Assembly: GCA_044869805.1 (NCBI GenBank) | Contig: JBIOXV010000172.1 | Span: 14,715-78,714 of the forward strand | Reading direction: 5' to 3' | DNA: 64,000 bases | From: Thermoanaerobaculia bacterium | Lineage (GTDB): Bacteria; Acidobacteriota; Thermoanaerobaculia; Multivoradales; SZUA-115 | Shown: positions 38,058 to 47,177 of the stretch, piece by piece | Numbering within the stretch: the stretch's first letter is position 1 | How the letters are laid out: the number at the start of each line of letters is the position of its first letter | The notes under the pieces: model-generated | The model's database searches: none | What the model was told of the DNA's origin: nothing | What the model saw: only the letters and a program-made list of their open reading frames with translations | Translations under genes and position numbers: made by a program

Positions 38058-39471
38058 GCCCGGCCGATTCCAGCTTCGCCGCCTCCTCCCGCACCACCTG
38101 GTCCGCGGTCAGGCTGGTGCGGGAACTCTTGATGACCGAGAGCTGGTCCAGTAGCCAGGGCGCCGGATCGGCGCCCGTGGCGCGGGCCGTCCTGGCGACG
38201 GCCGCGGCCGCGGCCTTGAGGCAGTTCCTGGGCTCGATGCGATCGAGCTCGTCCCAGAACCAGCCGCAGGAAGAGAACATGCGGTGCCTGAGGCGCTGCG
38301 CCTCGAGGAGATCGCCCAGGCGCGTGACCTCGATGCGCTTGAGCGCGCGCTTCGCAAAGGCGGCCGCCAGCTTGGGCAAGGTCCGCCGGCCGAGTGCCAA
38401 GTCGATCGCGGCCAGCAACAGGCCGTGCGGGTCGTCCACCAGCTCGCCGGCGGCCTGCTGGTAGGCGCGATCGAGATCGACCGCCAAGGCGTTGAGCGCG
38501 GCGCGCAGCGGCGCCTTCCAGTGCGCCTGCGGGGTGCAGTGGCAGAGGTCGCTCCAGCGCGCCACGCCATGGTGACAGCTCCAGGAGCTGGGCTCGACCA
38601 CCTCCATCGACTGGCGCGGCGGGTGCGCGTCGAGGAAGCGGGCGAGGTTGGTGACCTCGAAGCCAGCACGCGACGCGGAGCTCCTCAGCAGGCGGCGCAG
38701 GAAGAGCTGGCGGTCCTTCTGATGGTGGCCGTAGAGCTCGCCGTCGGTGGCGATGAGCAGCAGCCGGTCCTCGCCCTCGGGCTCGAGCCGGGCGCCCAGG
38801 GGCTTGAGCTGCTCGCGGGCGAAGCGGTCGGCGTTGGTGGTGGCGCTGGGGTCGAAGGAGATGCGGCCCGAGAGGCTGCGCACGAAGAAGAAGGCGGCGA
38901 GGCGCCGGCCCTGGGGAAGCTCCACCCAGTAGGGCCGCGTGGGGTCGAGGGTCTGGGTCTTCGCCTGCCAGGGGGCGAGGACCGTGAATTCGATCCCTTG
39001 CTCGGCCGCCACCGCCAGCGTCTCGCGGTCGGCCGCCGTCTCCGGCAGCCACAGGCCGCGGGGCTTCCGACCGAAGCGCCGCTCGAAGTCGGCAACTCCC
39101 CAGGCGATCTCGAGCTCCTTCTCGGCCCGGGTGGCGAGCGGCAGGATGGTGTGGTGGTAGCTCTGGGCGAGCGCTCCGCCGGTGCCCGAGCGGCCGGCTC
39201 CAGATCGCCGGGCGCTCGCCTTGTCGGCGGCGACGATCTTCTTGTGCACGGCGGGGGCCGCGCGCGCCATCCAGGCGAGCAGAGTGGGGCCGAAGTCGAA
39301 GGACAGCAGCTCGTAGTTGCCGGCCTCGGCGTTCGGCCGGTAGCACTCGGCGGTGATCTTCTCGTTGAAGTTGGGATAGGGATCGGCGCCGGGCTCTTCC
39401 GGGATCTCGCCGCTCGCCGGGTCGTCGCGCGGAGGTTGGTAGAAGTGGCCGTGGACGGCGAGGAAGGTCAC
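38035..39471 (-). CDS. Glycoside hydrolase family 57 protein (DUF3536-type)
   Basis: The GTG at 39469-39471 gives VTFLAVHGHFYQPPRDDP... It also contains WLPETAAD and IATDGELYGHH. Only the last 478 aa of the 1151-aa track ORF belong to this gene. Confidence 0.85.
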   Translation of the reverse strand: MTFLAVHGHFYQPPRDDPASGEIPEEPGADPYPNFNEKITAECYRPNAEAGNYELLSFDFGPTLLAWMARAAPAVHKKIVAADKASARRSGAGRSGTGGALAQSYHHTILPLATRAEKELEIAWGVADFERRFGRKPRGLWLPETAADRETLAVAAEQGIEFTVLAPWQAKTQTLDPTRPYWVELPQGRRLAAFFFVRSLSGRISFDPSATTNADRFAREQLKPLGARLEPEGEDRLLLIATDGELYGHHQKDRQLFLRRLLRSSASRAGFEVTNLARFLDAHPPRQSMEVVEPSSWSCHHGVARWSDLCHCTPQAHWKAPLRAALNALAVDLDRAYQQAAGELVDDPHGLLLAAIDLALGRRTLPKLAAAFAKRALKRIEVTRLGDLLEAQRLRHRMFSSCGWFWDELDRIEPRNCLKAAAAAVARTARATGADPAPWLLDQLSVIKSSRTSLTADQVVREEAAKLESAGLSYSPAP

Positions 39472-40688
39472 GCCGCCCGTACCTTGACTCGCTCCCCCAC
39501 CAGCTCGAGCAGGCGCTTGAGCTCGTCGTAATCCGGGTAGCGCAGCCGCACCCAGGCGTTGGCCATGTAGCCCGCCTCCACCGGCTGGGTACGCGAGCCC
39601 ACCGGTGGAAAGTGATAGTCGATGATCCACTCCGCGAGCTCGTGCTCCATCTCCTCGACGCCCTCGTAGGCGACGATCCGCCCGTCGCGGTCCGGCCGCA
39701 GGTTGACGATGCCGGCCGAGAAGCGCCGGCTGGGCACCTGGGTGGTGTGGCCGTGGACGATCGCCGCCGCCCACTCGCGGTAGACGTCCATCTCGTTGGC
39801 GGCGCAGTAGAGGTCCCAGGCGCCCACCCCCGGCGGCCGGCAGCCGATCTCCGAGAACTTGAGGCCCTTGTTGCCGAAGAACCACTCCATGTGGGTGGCC
39901 GAGGTGCCGATCGAGAGCGCCGCGATCACCTGCGTCCCCAGCCGCTTGACCTCGTCGTACCCTGAAGAGTCGATGCGGTTGGTGGCGATGAACATCGGCG
40001 AGACGTGGCGCTCGCGCATCGCGGTCAGCACCCGCGGGTAGTAGTGGGTGATGAACTCGTGGCCTACCTCGCCGCCGGCGGTGATGGTGTCGTAGAAGCC
40101 CTCGTGCCCGTCGATGAACTCCTCGACGGCGACCGAGGCGCCGCGCTCGAAGCCCTGCTCGGCAATCGCCGCCTCGAGCTCGCGCGCGTCGTCGGCGCGC
40201 GTGGTGCCGGCGGCGCCGGCGCCGCTCCTCGGCTTCAAGATCACGGGGAAGCCGACGCGCGCCGCGAAGTCGCGCACCTCCGCGGCCGAGGAAGCCGCCG
40301 CCGACTGCGCGCAGGGGATGCCCTGCTCGCGCAGGAACTCCTTCATCGCCGGCTTGTCGCGGCAGAGGTAGGTGGTCTGGACCGAGGTGCCGGGGATGCC
40401 GCAGGCCTCGCGCACATGCGCCGCGGTCATCACGTGCGCCTCGATGGTGGCTTCGAGGCGATCCACCCAGCCGCGCCGCTGCACGTTGCGCACCGCCTCG
40501 AGCAGGGACTCCTCGTGTACCACCGAGGAGACCTCCTCGTAGTCGTGCAGCATTCGCCTGAGATCGGACGGCAGGGCCGAGGCCGGCACCTCGCCGATCG
40601 CCGTCACCTTGGCCCCCACCTCGGCCAGGCCGCGCACGAACTTGCGCTGGTTGAAGGGGAAGGCGGGCTCCACGAAGACCACGTGCAT
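39468..40688 (-). CDS. ATP-grasp ligase, paralog A (~406 aa, L-amino-acid-ligase-like)
   Basis: ATG at 40688 with GGAG 7 nt upstream. It begins MHVVFVEPAFP and contains VGFPVILKPRSGAGAAGT, VEEFIDGHE and THMEWF...EIGCRPPG. Its stop overlaps the GH57 GTG (GTGA). Confidence 0.85.
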   Translation of the reverse strand: MHVVFVEPAFPFNQRKFVRGLAEVGAKVTAIGEVPASALPSDLRRMLHDYEEVSSVVHEESLLEAVRNVQRRGWVDRLEATIEAHVMTAAHVREACGIPGTSVQTTYLCRDKPAMKEFLREQGIPCAQSAAASSAAEVRDFAARVGFPVILKPRSGAGAAGTTRADDARELEAAIAEQGFERGASVAVEEFIDGHEGFYDTITAGGEVGHEFITHYYPRVLTAMRERHVSPMFIATNRIDSSGYDEVKRLGTQVIAALSIGTSATHMEWFFGNKGLKFSEIGCRPPGVGAWDLYCAANEMDVYREWAAAIVHGHTTQVPSRRFSAGIVNLRPDRDGRIVAYEGVEEMEHELAEWIIDYHFPPVGSRTQPVEAGYMANAWVRLRYPDYDELKRLLELVGERVKVRAA

Positions 40689-40715
40689 GCGGGTTCTCCA
40701 AAGCCGGGAACGCGG

Positions 40716-40724
40716 GGATAATAC
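40716..40724. promoter_or_regulatory. AT-rich core GGATAATAC that can act as a -10 element on both strands of the divergent intergenic region
   Basis: Plus strand: GATAAT (40717-40722) lies 9 nt before the ATG at 40732, with no SD. Minus strand: TATTAT (40718-40723) lies about 30 nt before the ATG at 40688, which does have an SD. Confidence 0.3.
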
Positions 40725-40731
40725 ACCGCCT

Positions 40732-41682
40732 ATGGCGAGGGCTATCGTTCTTCTGGGGCCGCAGCGGCTGCAGCCGACGCTGGTATCGGTGTGCGACGAG
40801 ATGGGCCTTCGGGGTCCCATCGCGGCGGTCACCGCCGGCTGGCAGGAGCGCGAGGCCGAGGTCGAGGAGATGCGGGCGCATCTCAATCGCCCGGTGGTCA
40901 ACCTGATGCTCCACGAGCGGGGCGAGAAGCTCTTCGCCGCCGATCCCAGGCTGGCCGAGAAGTACCGCGAGCGGCAGGACCGCCTGCGCGACCTGCAAGC
41001 GCTCTACCGCCTGCGCCTGGCCCACGCCCTGGCCGCGGCGCGCGAGGTGATGAGCCGCGCCGCCGCTTCGCTTCCCGGGGGCTCGGAGCTGTTCGAGCCC
41101 GAGGTCGAGGCGGCGATCGACGCCGTGCGCGACCTGGACGCGCACCACCTGGCGCGCGTGCGCGAGGTGCACGCGCGCTTCGAGGCCGAGGCGAGGCCCC
41201 TCGAGCGGCCCGCCCTGCTGCGCCACCGGCACGAGCTCGGCCGCCTGCTCGCCGGCTCCACGGCGCTCGCCATCGCCGGCGGCCACGTCGCCGTGCTGCT
41301 CAACCGGCTGCGCCTCTTCGGGGTGCTGGAGCTCGCCGGCGCGCGGCCGATCATCGCCTGGTCGGCCGGCGCCATGGTGCTCGGCGACCGCGTCGTCCTG
41401 TTCCACGACAACCCGCCGCAGGGCGCCGGCAACGCCGAGCTGCTGGAGGCCGGGCTGGGGCTGTTCGCCGACCTGCTGCCCCTGCCGCACGCCGGCAAGC
41501 GCCTAGAGCTCGACGACACCCTGCGCGTCTCGCTCTTCGCCCGTCGCTTCGCCCCCGCCGCCTGCGTGGCCTTGGATCCCCTGGCCCGCGTCTCGCGCCG
41601 CGAGGCCGGCGGCTGGCGGCCGGGCCCCGGCACCCAGGTACTGACCGCCAAGGGAGCCCTGCGGAAGGCCGCTTCGCTATGA
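40732..41682 (+). CDS. Peptidase S51 (peptidase E/cyanophycinase)-like protein with a long helical insert
   Basis: ATG at 40732. It begins MARAIVLLGPQ. It has a GG-turn (LAIAGGHVAVLLNRL) and a nucleophile-type motif (IIAWSAGAMVLG), then LPLPHAG. About 110 aa of helical sequence is inserted. Confidence 0.65.
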   Translation: MARAIVLLGPQRLQPTLVSVCDEMGLRGPIAAVTAGWQEREAEVEEMRAHLNRPVVNLMLHERGEKLFAADPRLAEKYRERQDRLRDLQALYRLRLAHALAAAREVMSRAAASLPGGSELFEPEVEAAIDAVRDLDAHHLARVREVHARFEAEARPLERPALLRHRHELGRLLAGSTALAIAGGHVAVLLNRLRLFGVLELAGARPIIAWSAGAMVLGDRVVLFHDNPPQGAGNAELLEAGLGLFADLLPLPHAGKRLELDDTLRVSLFARRFAPAACVALDPLARVSRREAGGWRPGPGTQVLTAKGALRKAASL

Positions 41683-42815
41683 GCCTGGCGATCCACGAGC
41701 TGCAGCGCAAGAAGCGCATCACCACCAAGGCGGTCGACGACTTCCTGGCCAAGAACGCCTTCCCGCTGGTCGAGGGGCCGAGCGTGACCTTCGTCTATCG
41801 CGGCAAGGCGGACGCCGTGCTGCTCCAGCACTTCATCTACGGGCTGCCCACCTCGCGGCCCTTCAAGCGCATCGACGGCGCCGACCTCTGGTACCTGGTG
41901 ATGGAGCTCCCCGCCAACTCGCGGGTGGAGTACAAGCTGAACGTGGTGAACGGCAAGGATCACCACTGGATCCGCGATCCTTTAAACCCGGTCACCGCCC
42001 GCGACCCGTTCGGCGCCAACTCGGTGGTTCACTCCGCGGGGCACGTGCAGCCGGATTGGACGCTCTTCGACCCGGAGGCCCGCCCCGGCACGATCGAGGA
42101 GCGCGAGATCAAGAGCGAGGCCTTCAAGCGTACCCACGGCTACCGGCTCTACCTGCCGGCACGCTTCAGGACTACCCGGCGCTACCCGCTCCTCGTCCTC
42201 CACGACGGCGACGACTACCTGCGCTTCGCCTCCCTCCAGACGGTGCTCGACAACCTGATCCACCGCATGGAGGTGGCGCCGATCATCGTCGCGCTGATCT
42301 CTTCGCGCGAGCGCCTGACCGAGTACGCGGACGACCCGCGCCACGCGCGCTTCGTGGCCGAGGAGCTGCTGCCCCAGCTCGACCGTACCCTGCCCCTGGA
42401 GCCCTCCCCGGCGGCCCGCGGCCTCGCCGGAGCGAGCTTCGGCGCCGTGGCGTCGCTGGCCACCGCCTGGCGCTACTCCGGGCGCTTCGGCAGGCTGCTC
42501 CTGCAGTCGGGCTCCTTCGCCTTCACCGACATCGGCCACCACAAGCGGGGCCCGGCCTTCGACCCGGTGGTCAAGTTCGTCAACGCCTTCCGCGATCAGC
42601 CGGGGCGGCCGACGGAGAAGGTCTTCGTCTCCTGCGGCACCTACGAGTCGCTGATCTACGAGAACCGCTCGCTCGTCCCGCTGCTGCAGGCCACCGGCAT
42701 GGAGGTCCGCTACGTGGAGGCGCGCGACGGCCACAACTGGGAGAACTGGCGCGACCGCCTGCGCGAGGGCCTCTCGTGGCTGTTCCCCGGGCCACTGTGG
42801 ATGGTGTATGAGTAG
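41679..42815 (+). CDS. Esterase (PF00756/enterochelin-esterase-like) with an N-terminal E-set/CBM48-like beta domain
   Basis: The ATG overlaps the upstream stop (ATGA). The N-domain reads VTFVYRGKADAVLLQ...WYLVMELPANSRVEYKLNVVNG. The hydrolase part contains YPLLVLHDGDDY, GLAGASFGA (GxSxG) and ARDGHNWENW. Confidence 0.8.
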   Translation: MSLAIHELQRKKRITTKAVDDFLAKNAFPLVEGPSVTFVYRGKADAVLLQHFIYGLPTSRPFKRIDGADLWYLVMELPANSRVEYKLNVVNGKDHHWIRDPLNPVTARDPFGANSVVHSAGHVQPDWTLFDPEARPGTIEEREIKSEAFKRTHGYRLYLPARFRTTRRYPLLVLHDGDDYLRFASLQTVLDNLIHRMEVAPIIVALISSRERLTEYADDPRHARFVAEELLPQLDRTLPLEPSPAARGLAGASFGAVASLATAWRYSGRFGRLLLQSGSFAFTDIGHHKRGPAFDPVVKFVNAFRDQPGRPTEKVFVSCGTYESLIYENRSLVPLLQATGMEVRYVEARDGHNWENWRDRLREGLSWLFPGPLWMVYE

Positions 42816-42840
42816 ACCACCTACCGACGAAAGGTAAACC

Positions 42841-44112
42841 ATGGCCACCGTCACCAAGAAGATCGGGCTCTCCCTGGGCGCAGACCTCTGCTGGCCCCTG
42901 TGCTACGAGGAGATCGTCAAGCAGCTCGAGCTGGCGGTGCCGATCGACGGGCACACGGTCGGCGTCGAAGTCGAACGGGTCACTATCGAGCCCTTCAACC
43001 TGCGCCAGCCGGTGAAGTACGACTTGGTGCTCGATCGGCTCACCCACTGGTACCACACCAGCCGCGAGTGGATCAAAAAAGCGGTGCTGATGAACGACCT
43101 CTACGTGCTCAACAACCCGTGGGCCATCCAGTCTATGGAGAAGCACACCACCTACTGCGCCATGATGCGCCTCGGCTTCCCGATCCCCGAGACCTGGATG
43201 CTGCCGCCCAAGGAGTACGAGCCCTCCGACGACCTGCAGGTCACGCTCGAGCGCTACGCGCGGCTCTTCAGCCTGTCCTCGATCGGCGACGAGGTCGGAT
43301 ACCCGATGTTCATGAAGCCGTTCGACGGCGGCGCCTGGAAGGGGGTGCAGCGCATCGAGGACGCCGCCGCCCTGCGCGCGGCCTACGAAGGCAGCGGCAA
43401 GAACATCATGCACCTGCAGAAGGCGGTGGAGGGCTTCGACCTCTTCGTGCGCGGCATCGGCATCGGGCCGCAGGTGCGCTGCGTGCGTTACAACCCGTCG
43501 GCGCCGCTCCATGCGCGCTACGAGGTGGCCTTCAACTTCCTGACCGGCGAGGAGGCCTCCTACCTGCGCGACCAGACGCTGACCATCAACACCTTCTTCG
43601 GCTGGGACTTCAACTCCTGCGAGTCGCTGCGCCAGGGCGGGGTCTTCTACCCTATCGACTTCGCCAACGCCTGCCCCGACTCGCAGGTGACCTCGCTGCA
43701 CTTCCATTTCCCTTGGCTGGTCAAGGCGCAGGTGCGCTGGAGCCTGTTCTGCGCCCTGACCGATCGCAAGATGCGCAAGAACCTGGACTGGGAGCCGTAC
43801 TACCTGATCGCCGACCGCGACGACCTCTCCTTCCGAGAGAAGCTCGCCGCCTACGCCCAGATCGCCGACCAGCGCCTGGACACCGAGCGCTTCCAGGACT
43901 TCTGCAACCGCAATTTGGCGCACCTCGACGAGGTGTCGTGGGAGTTCTTCGGCACCGGCACCGCCAAGGAGGCAGTGCGCAGCAAGGTGGCCGCCCTCTT
44001 CCCGGAGCACGAGATCGAAGAGTTCACCGAGCACTTCTGGGGCCTGATCCAGTTCTGGCGCAAGACCGAGTCCGACCGCATCGGCACGGGGCGAGGGGAG
44101 GAGACGGCGTAG
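42841..44112 (+). CDS. ATP-grasp fold protein, divergent type B (423 aa)
   Basis: It contains VGYPMFMKPFDGGAWKGVQRI, IMHLQKAVEGFDLFVRGIGIG and YPIDFANACP. It is not alignable by eye with paralogs A, C or D outside the core motifs. Confidence 0.75.
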   Translation: MATVTKKIGLSLGADLCWPLCYEEIVKQLELAVPIDGHTVGVEVERVTIEPFNLRQPVKYDLVLDRLTHWYHTSREWIKKAVLMNDLYVLNNPWAIQSMEKHTTYCAMMRLGFPIPETWMLPPKEYEPSDDLQVTLERYARLFSLSSIGDEVGYPMFMKPFDGGAWKGVQRIEDAAALRAAYEGSGKNIMHLQKAVEGFDLFVRGIGIGPQVRCVRYNPSAPLHARYEVAFNFLTGEEASYLRDQTLTINTFFGWDFNSCESLRQGGVFYPIDFANACPDSQVTSLHFHFPWLVKAQVRWSLFCALTDRKMRKNLDWEPYYLIADRDDLSFREKLAAYAQIADQRLDTERFQDFCNRNLAHLDEVSWEFFGTGTAKEAVRSKVAALFPEHEIEEFTEHFWGLIQFWRKTESDRIGTGRGEETA

Positions 44113-44167
44113 GTCGACCTTTCCAAGCTCGCCCGCCTTCGCACTCTGCGACTGGAGACACTTGCCT

Positions 44168-47167
44168 ATGGCCTCTCGCCGCCTGATCTGCCTCGCCTTC
44201 GCTTTCATGGCCGCCGCGGCTCGCGGTGACGACGACCTCGACGCGCGCCTCGCCGAGATCGCCGCCTGCCAGCTCGACACCGCCAAGGCGGTCACCGTCC
44301 GCGGCCTCGCGCTCAACACCGGCATGGCCACCCTCAAGGTGGACACCGGCACCTTCTTCCCCGCCAGCCCGGTGGCCGGCCGGGTGACGGAAGCGGTCTT
44401 CCTGGGCAAGGCGCGGCTGGTGCTCGATCCCCCCGACGAGATCGAGCGCGCGCAGCTCGAGATCTTCACCGGCCGGACGCGCCTCGAGGTGGAGATCTCC
44501 GAGGCCGCTTTCGTGCTCGCCAGTGACCGGGCCGCGGAAGCGGTGTTCAAGCGCTCGCCGGCCGCGGTCGAGCCGGCCCTCGCCAGCCGGGCGACGGAGC
44601 TCTTCGCCACCTGGAAGGCGAGCCCGGAGCGCAAGCAGCTCGACGTCGACGGCGCCATCCTCGCCGACAGCCTCGGCGACGCCTTCGCCCAGGGCTACTT
44701 CGCCGGCTGGTTCCAGAGCGCGGAGCTGGGCAAGTTCCTCTACCTGGTCGAGCCGAGCTCCGTCGAGCAGGTGACGCTCGGGCAGTTCGTGCCCATCGAC
44801 CTCACCAAGAAAGAGAAACGCAAGGCGGCCAAGCTGATCCACCGCGAGCAGCGGCGGGGGCGGCTGATCGGCATCGAGGTCGAGGACCTGGGGCAGTGGG
44901 ATACCTGGGTCTCGGCCTCGCTCCGCGGCGCCGCGGCCGGGCCCACGCCCGGCGATCCCGGCTTCGAGCCCGAGCGCTACGTGGTCGATCTCTCGCTCGC
45001 CGACCGCGACCTCGCGGTCAGCGGCCGGGCGCAGATCCAGCTCCGGGCCACGCTCGGCATCACCCGCATCGTGCACCTCGCCGTCCACTCCGAGCTCGAA
45101 GTGACGAAGGTGCTGGGCGAAGGCGGGGAGGCGCTGCCCTTCCGCCAGACCGGCGGCGAGGTGATGGTCGTGCTGCCGCGGGCGCCGGCGGCGGGAGAGA
45201 CCGCCGTCGTCGAGGCCCACTTCGACGGGGAGCTGCTGGAGAAGGTCGAGGGCGGCGTCTTCCTCCTCGCCGAGACCGTGAACTGGCACCCCCACGCCGG
45301 CGACGTCGACCGTGCCACCTACGACGTGACCTTCCACTGGCCGGGGCGCCTCGAGCTGCTGGCCGGCGGCAAGCGGGTGGGCGGCGGCGCGGAGAAGAGC
45401 GGCCGGCAATGGGAGCGGCGGTCGATCGAGCTGCCGGCCGCGGGGCTCGGCTTCGAGGTCGGCAAGTTCCATCTCACGACCCGCCAGGCCGGGCACGTGG
45501 CGATCCGGCTGGGGATGATGCCTTTCGCCGGCGAGGGCCGCAAAGGAATCGAGGAACGCATCCTCGATGCCGCCAGCCGGTCCCTCACCTACTTCGAGGA
45601 GGCCTTCGGTCCCTACCCGCTCGACGAGCTGATCCTAGTGCTGACCCCGCGCCTCTACTCGCAGGCCCTGCTCGGTTTCGTCACCCTGTCGGCGGTGATG
45701 ATGGCCGAAGACAGCCTCTTGGTCTGGCTGATCGGCCTCGAGGACCCGCGCACGGTGATCGCCCACGAGGTCGCGCACCAGTGGTGGGGCCACCAGGTGG
45801 GCTGGCTGGGCTACCGCGACCAGTGGCTGTCCGAGGCGATGGCCAACTACGCGGCGGTGCTCTTCGCGCGGAACGAGCTCGGCGGCGAGCTGCGCTACGC
45901 CCGCGGCCCCACCTCCGACTGGCAGGCGGCGCTGCTCGAGGAGACCGCGGACGGCCGGCCCATCGAGTCGCTGGGGCCGCTGGTGCTCGGGGCGCGGCTC
46001 TCCTCGAGCCGCGGCGGCGACGCCTATAGCTCGATCGTCTACCGCAAGGGGGCGGTAGTGCTCGACATGCTCGCCCGCCGCTTCGGCGAGCAGGCCTTCC
46101 TCGGCATGCTCAAGAAGACCGCCGAGGTCGCCGCCCACCGCGCCATCTCGACCGAGATCTTCCTCGACGCGCTGGAGCGGCAGTCCGGGGTCGAGCTCGA
46201 CGGCTTCGCCGGCCAGTTCATCTACGGCACCGGCCTGCCGGAGGTGTACTACGACTACACCTTCGCCCAGGCGGAGGGCGGCAAGTGGAAGGTGACCGGC
46301 ACCGCCCGCCAGAGCGCCCCTTACCGCTTCCGGTACCGCGTGGTGGAGAGCGCCGGCGGCTTCGACGTGGGGCGCGAGCGGATCGACCTGGCGCGGGTCG
46401 CCGACTCGGCGCTGATCGTGCCGGTGCAGATCGCGCTGTACGACCCGACGAAGCAGGAGGAGAAGAAGGCGAAGCGCAGCGAGGCGCGCGCGATCGGCAA
46501 CAGTCTGCTCTCGGGCCACATCCTGCTCCGGGGCGAGTCGACGCCCCTCTCCTTCGAGCTCGACCACGAGCCCAAGGAGGTCTGGCTCGACCGCCGGGAG
46601 GAGGTGTTCGGCCGCTTCTTCAACCAGCGTCGGCATCCGAAGCGCATGCTCCTGTACCAGGCGATCGACCTCGCGGCCGCCGGCCGCCGCGAGGAGGCGC
46701 TGGCGCTCGCCGCCCAGGCCCTCGCCGCCGAGACCTTCTCCGGCCCCCGTTACGAGGACTCTCCCGGGCCCGAGGACCTCGAGGCCGAGGCGCAGTCGCT
46801 CGACGGCCAGGTGCACCTCCTGCTCGGCCGCCTCCACCTCGACGCCGGCCGCGACGCCGAGGCGCGCTCGGCGCTGGGCGCGGCGAGAGACCTCCTCGAG
46901 CCCGGCAAGCACCCGTGGCGGAAGGGGGAGATCGACCTGCTGGACGCCCGCCTGGCGCTGCACGAGAAGGACTTCGAGCGCGCCTACCGCCTGCTGCGCA
47001 AGGGGGTGGTCAAGCAGGGCACCATCGAGGGCGCCGAGGGCTCGCTGCTGCTGGCGATCGCGGCCCGCGCCACCGGCCACACCGAGGAAGCGAAGCAGGC
47101 GATCGAGGACGCCAAGCAAGGAGGCGCCGAGGTGGGGGCGCTCACCGCGGCGGCCAAGCCCCGCTGA
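44168..47167 (+). CDS. Exported M1-like gluzincin metalloprotease with a C-terminal helical/TPR-like region
   Basis: It has a signal peptide (MASRRLICLAFAFMAAAARG). It carries HEVAHQWWG-x18-E (WLSEAMANY). I see no GXMEN motif upstream of HEXXH. The helical-repeat tail is about 250 aa. Confidence 0.85.
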   Translation: MASRRLICLAFAFMAAAARGDDDLDARLAEIAACQLDTAKAVTVRGLALNTGMATLKVDTGTFFPASPVAGRVTEAVFLGKARLVLDPPDEIERAQLEIFTGRTRLEVEISEAAFVLASDRAAEAVFKRSPAAVEPALASRATELFATWKASPERKQLDVDGAILADSLGDAFAQGYFAGWFQSAELGKFLYLVEPSSVEQVTLGQFVPIDLTKKEKRKAAKLIHREQRRGRLIGIEVEDLGQWDTWVSASLRGAAAGPTPGDPGFEPERYVVDLSLADRDLAVSGRAQIQLRATLGITRIVHLAVHSELEVTKVLGEGGEALPFRQTGGEVMVVLPRAPAAGETAVVEAHFDGELLEKVEGGVFLLAETVNWHPHAGDVDRATYDVTFHWPGRLELLAGGKRVGGGAEKSGRQWERRSIELPAAGLGFEVGKFHLTTRQAGHVAIRLGMMPFAGEGRKGIEERILDAASRSLTYFEEAFGPYPLDELILVLTPRLYSQALLGFVTLSAVMMAEDSLLVWLIGLEDPRTVIAHEVAHQWWGHQVGWLGYRDQWLSEAMANYAAVLFARNELGGELRYARGPTSDWQAALLEETADGRPIESLGPLVLGARLSSSRGGDAYSSIVYRKGAVVLDMLARRFGEQAFLGMLKKTAEVAAHRAISTEIFLDALERQSGVELDGFAGQFIYGTGLPEVYYDYTFAQAEGGKWKVTGTARQSAPYRFRYRVVESAGGFDVGRERIDLARVADSALIVPVQIALYDPTKQEEKKAKRSEARAIGNSLLSGHILLRGESTPLSFELDHEPKEVWLDRREEVFGRFFNQRRHPKRMLLYQAIDLAAAGRREEALALAAQALAAETFSGPRYEDSPGPEDLEAEAQSLDGQVHLLLGRLHLDAGRDAEARSALGAARDLLEPGKHPWRKGEIDLLDARLALHEKDFERAYRLLRKGVVKQGTIEGAEGSLLLAIAARATGHTEEAKQAIEDAKQGGAEVGALTAAAKPR

Positions 47168-47177
47168 CCGCCGGCCG

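Noticed and set aside
38035-41490. 1151-aa minus-strand ORF
   Set aside because: Only the C-terminal 478 aa (from the GTG at 39471) are GH57-like. The upstream part runs out of frame through ATP-grasp A and antisense to the S51-like gene, and it reads as Arg/Gly/Pro-rich junk.
42580-47119. Long minus-strand ORFs at 42580-44658, 44024-45496 and 45635-47119
   Set aside because: They are antisense to ATP-grasp B and the M1-like gene and have no motifs. The plus-strand products have clear catalytic signatures.
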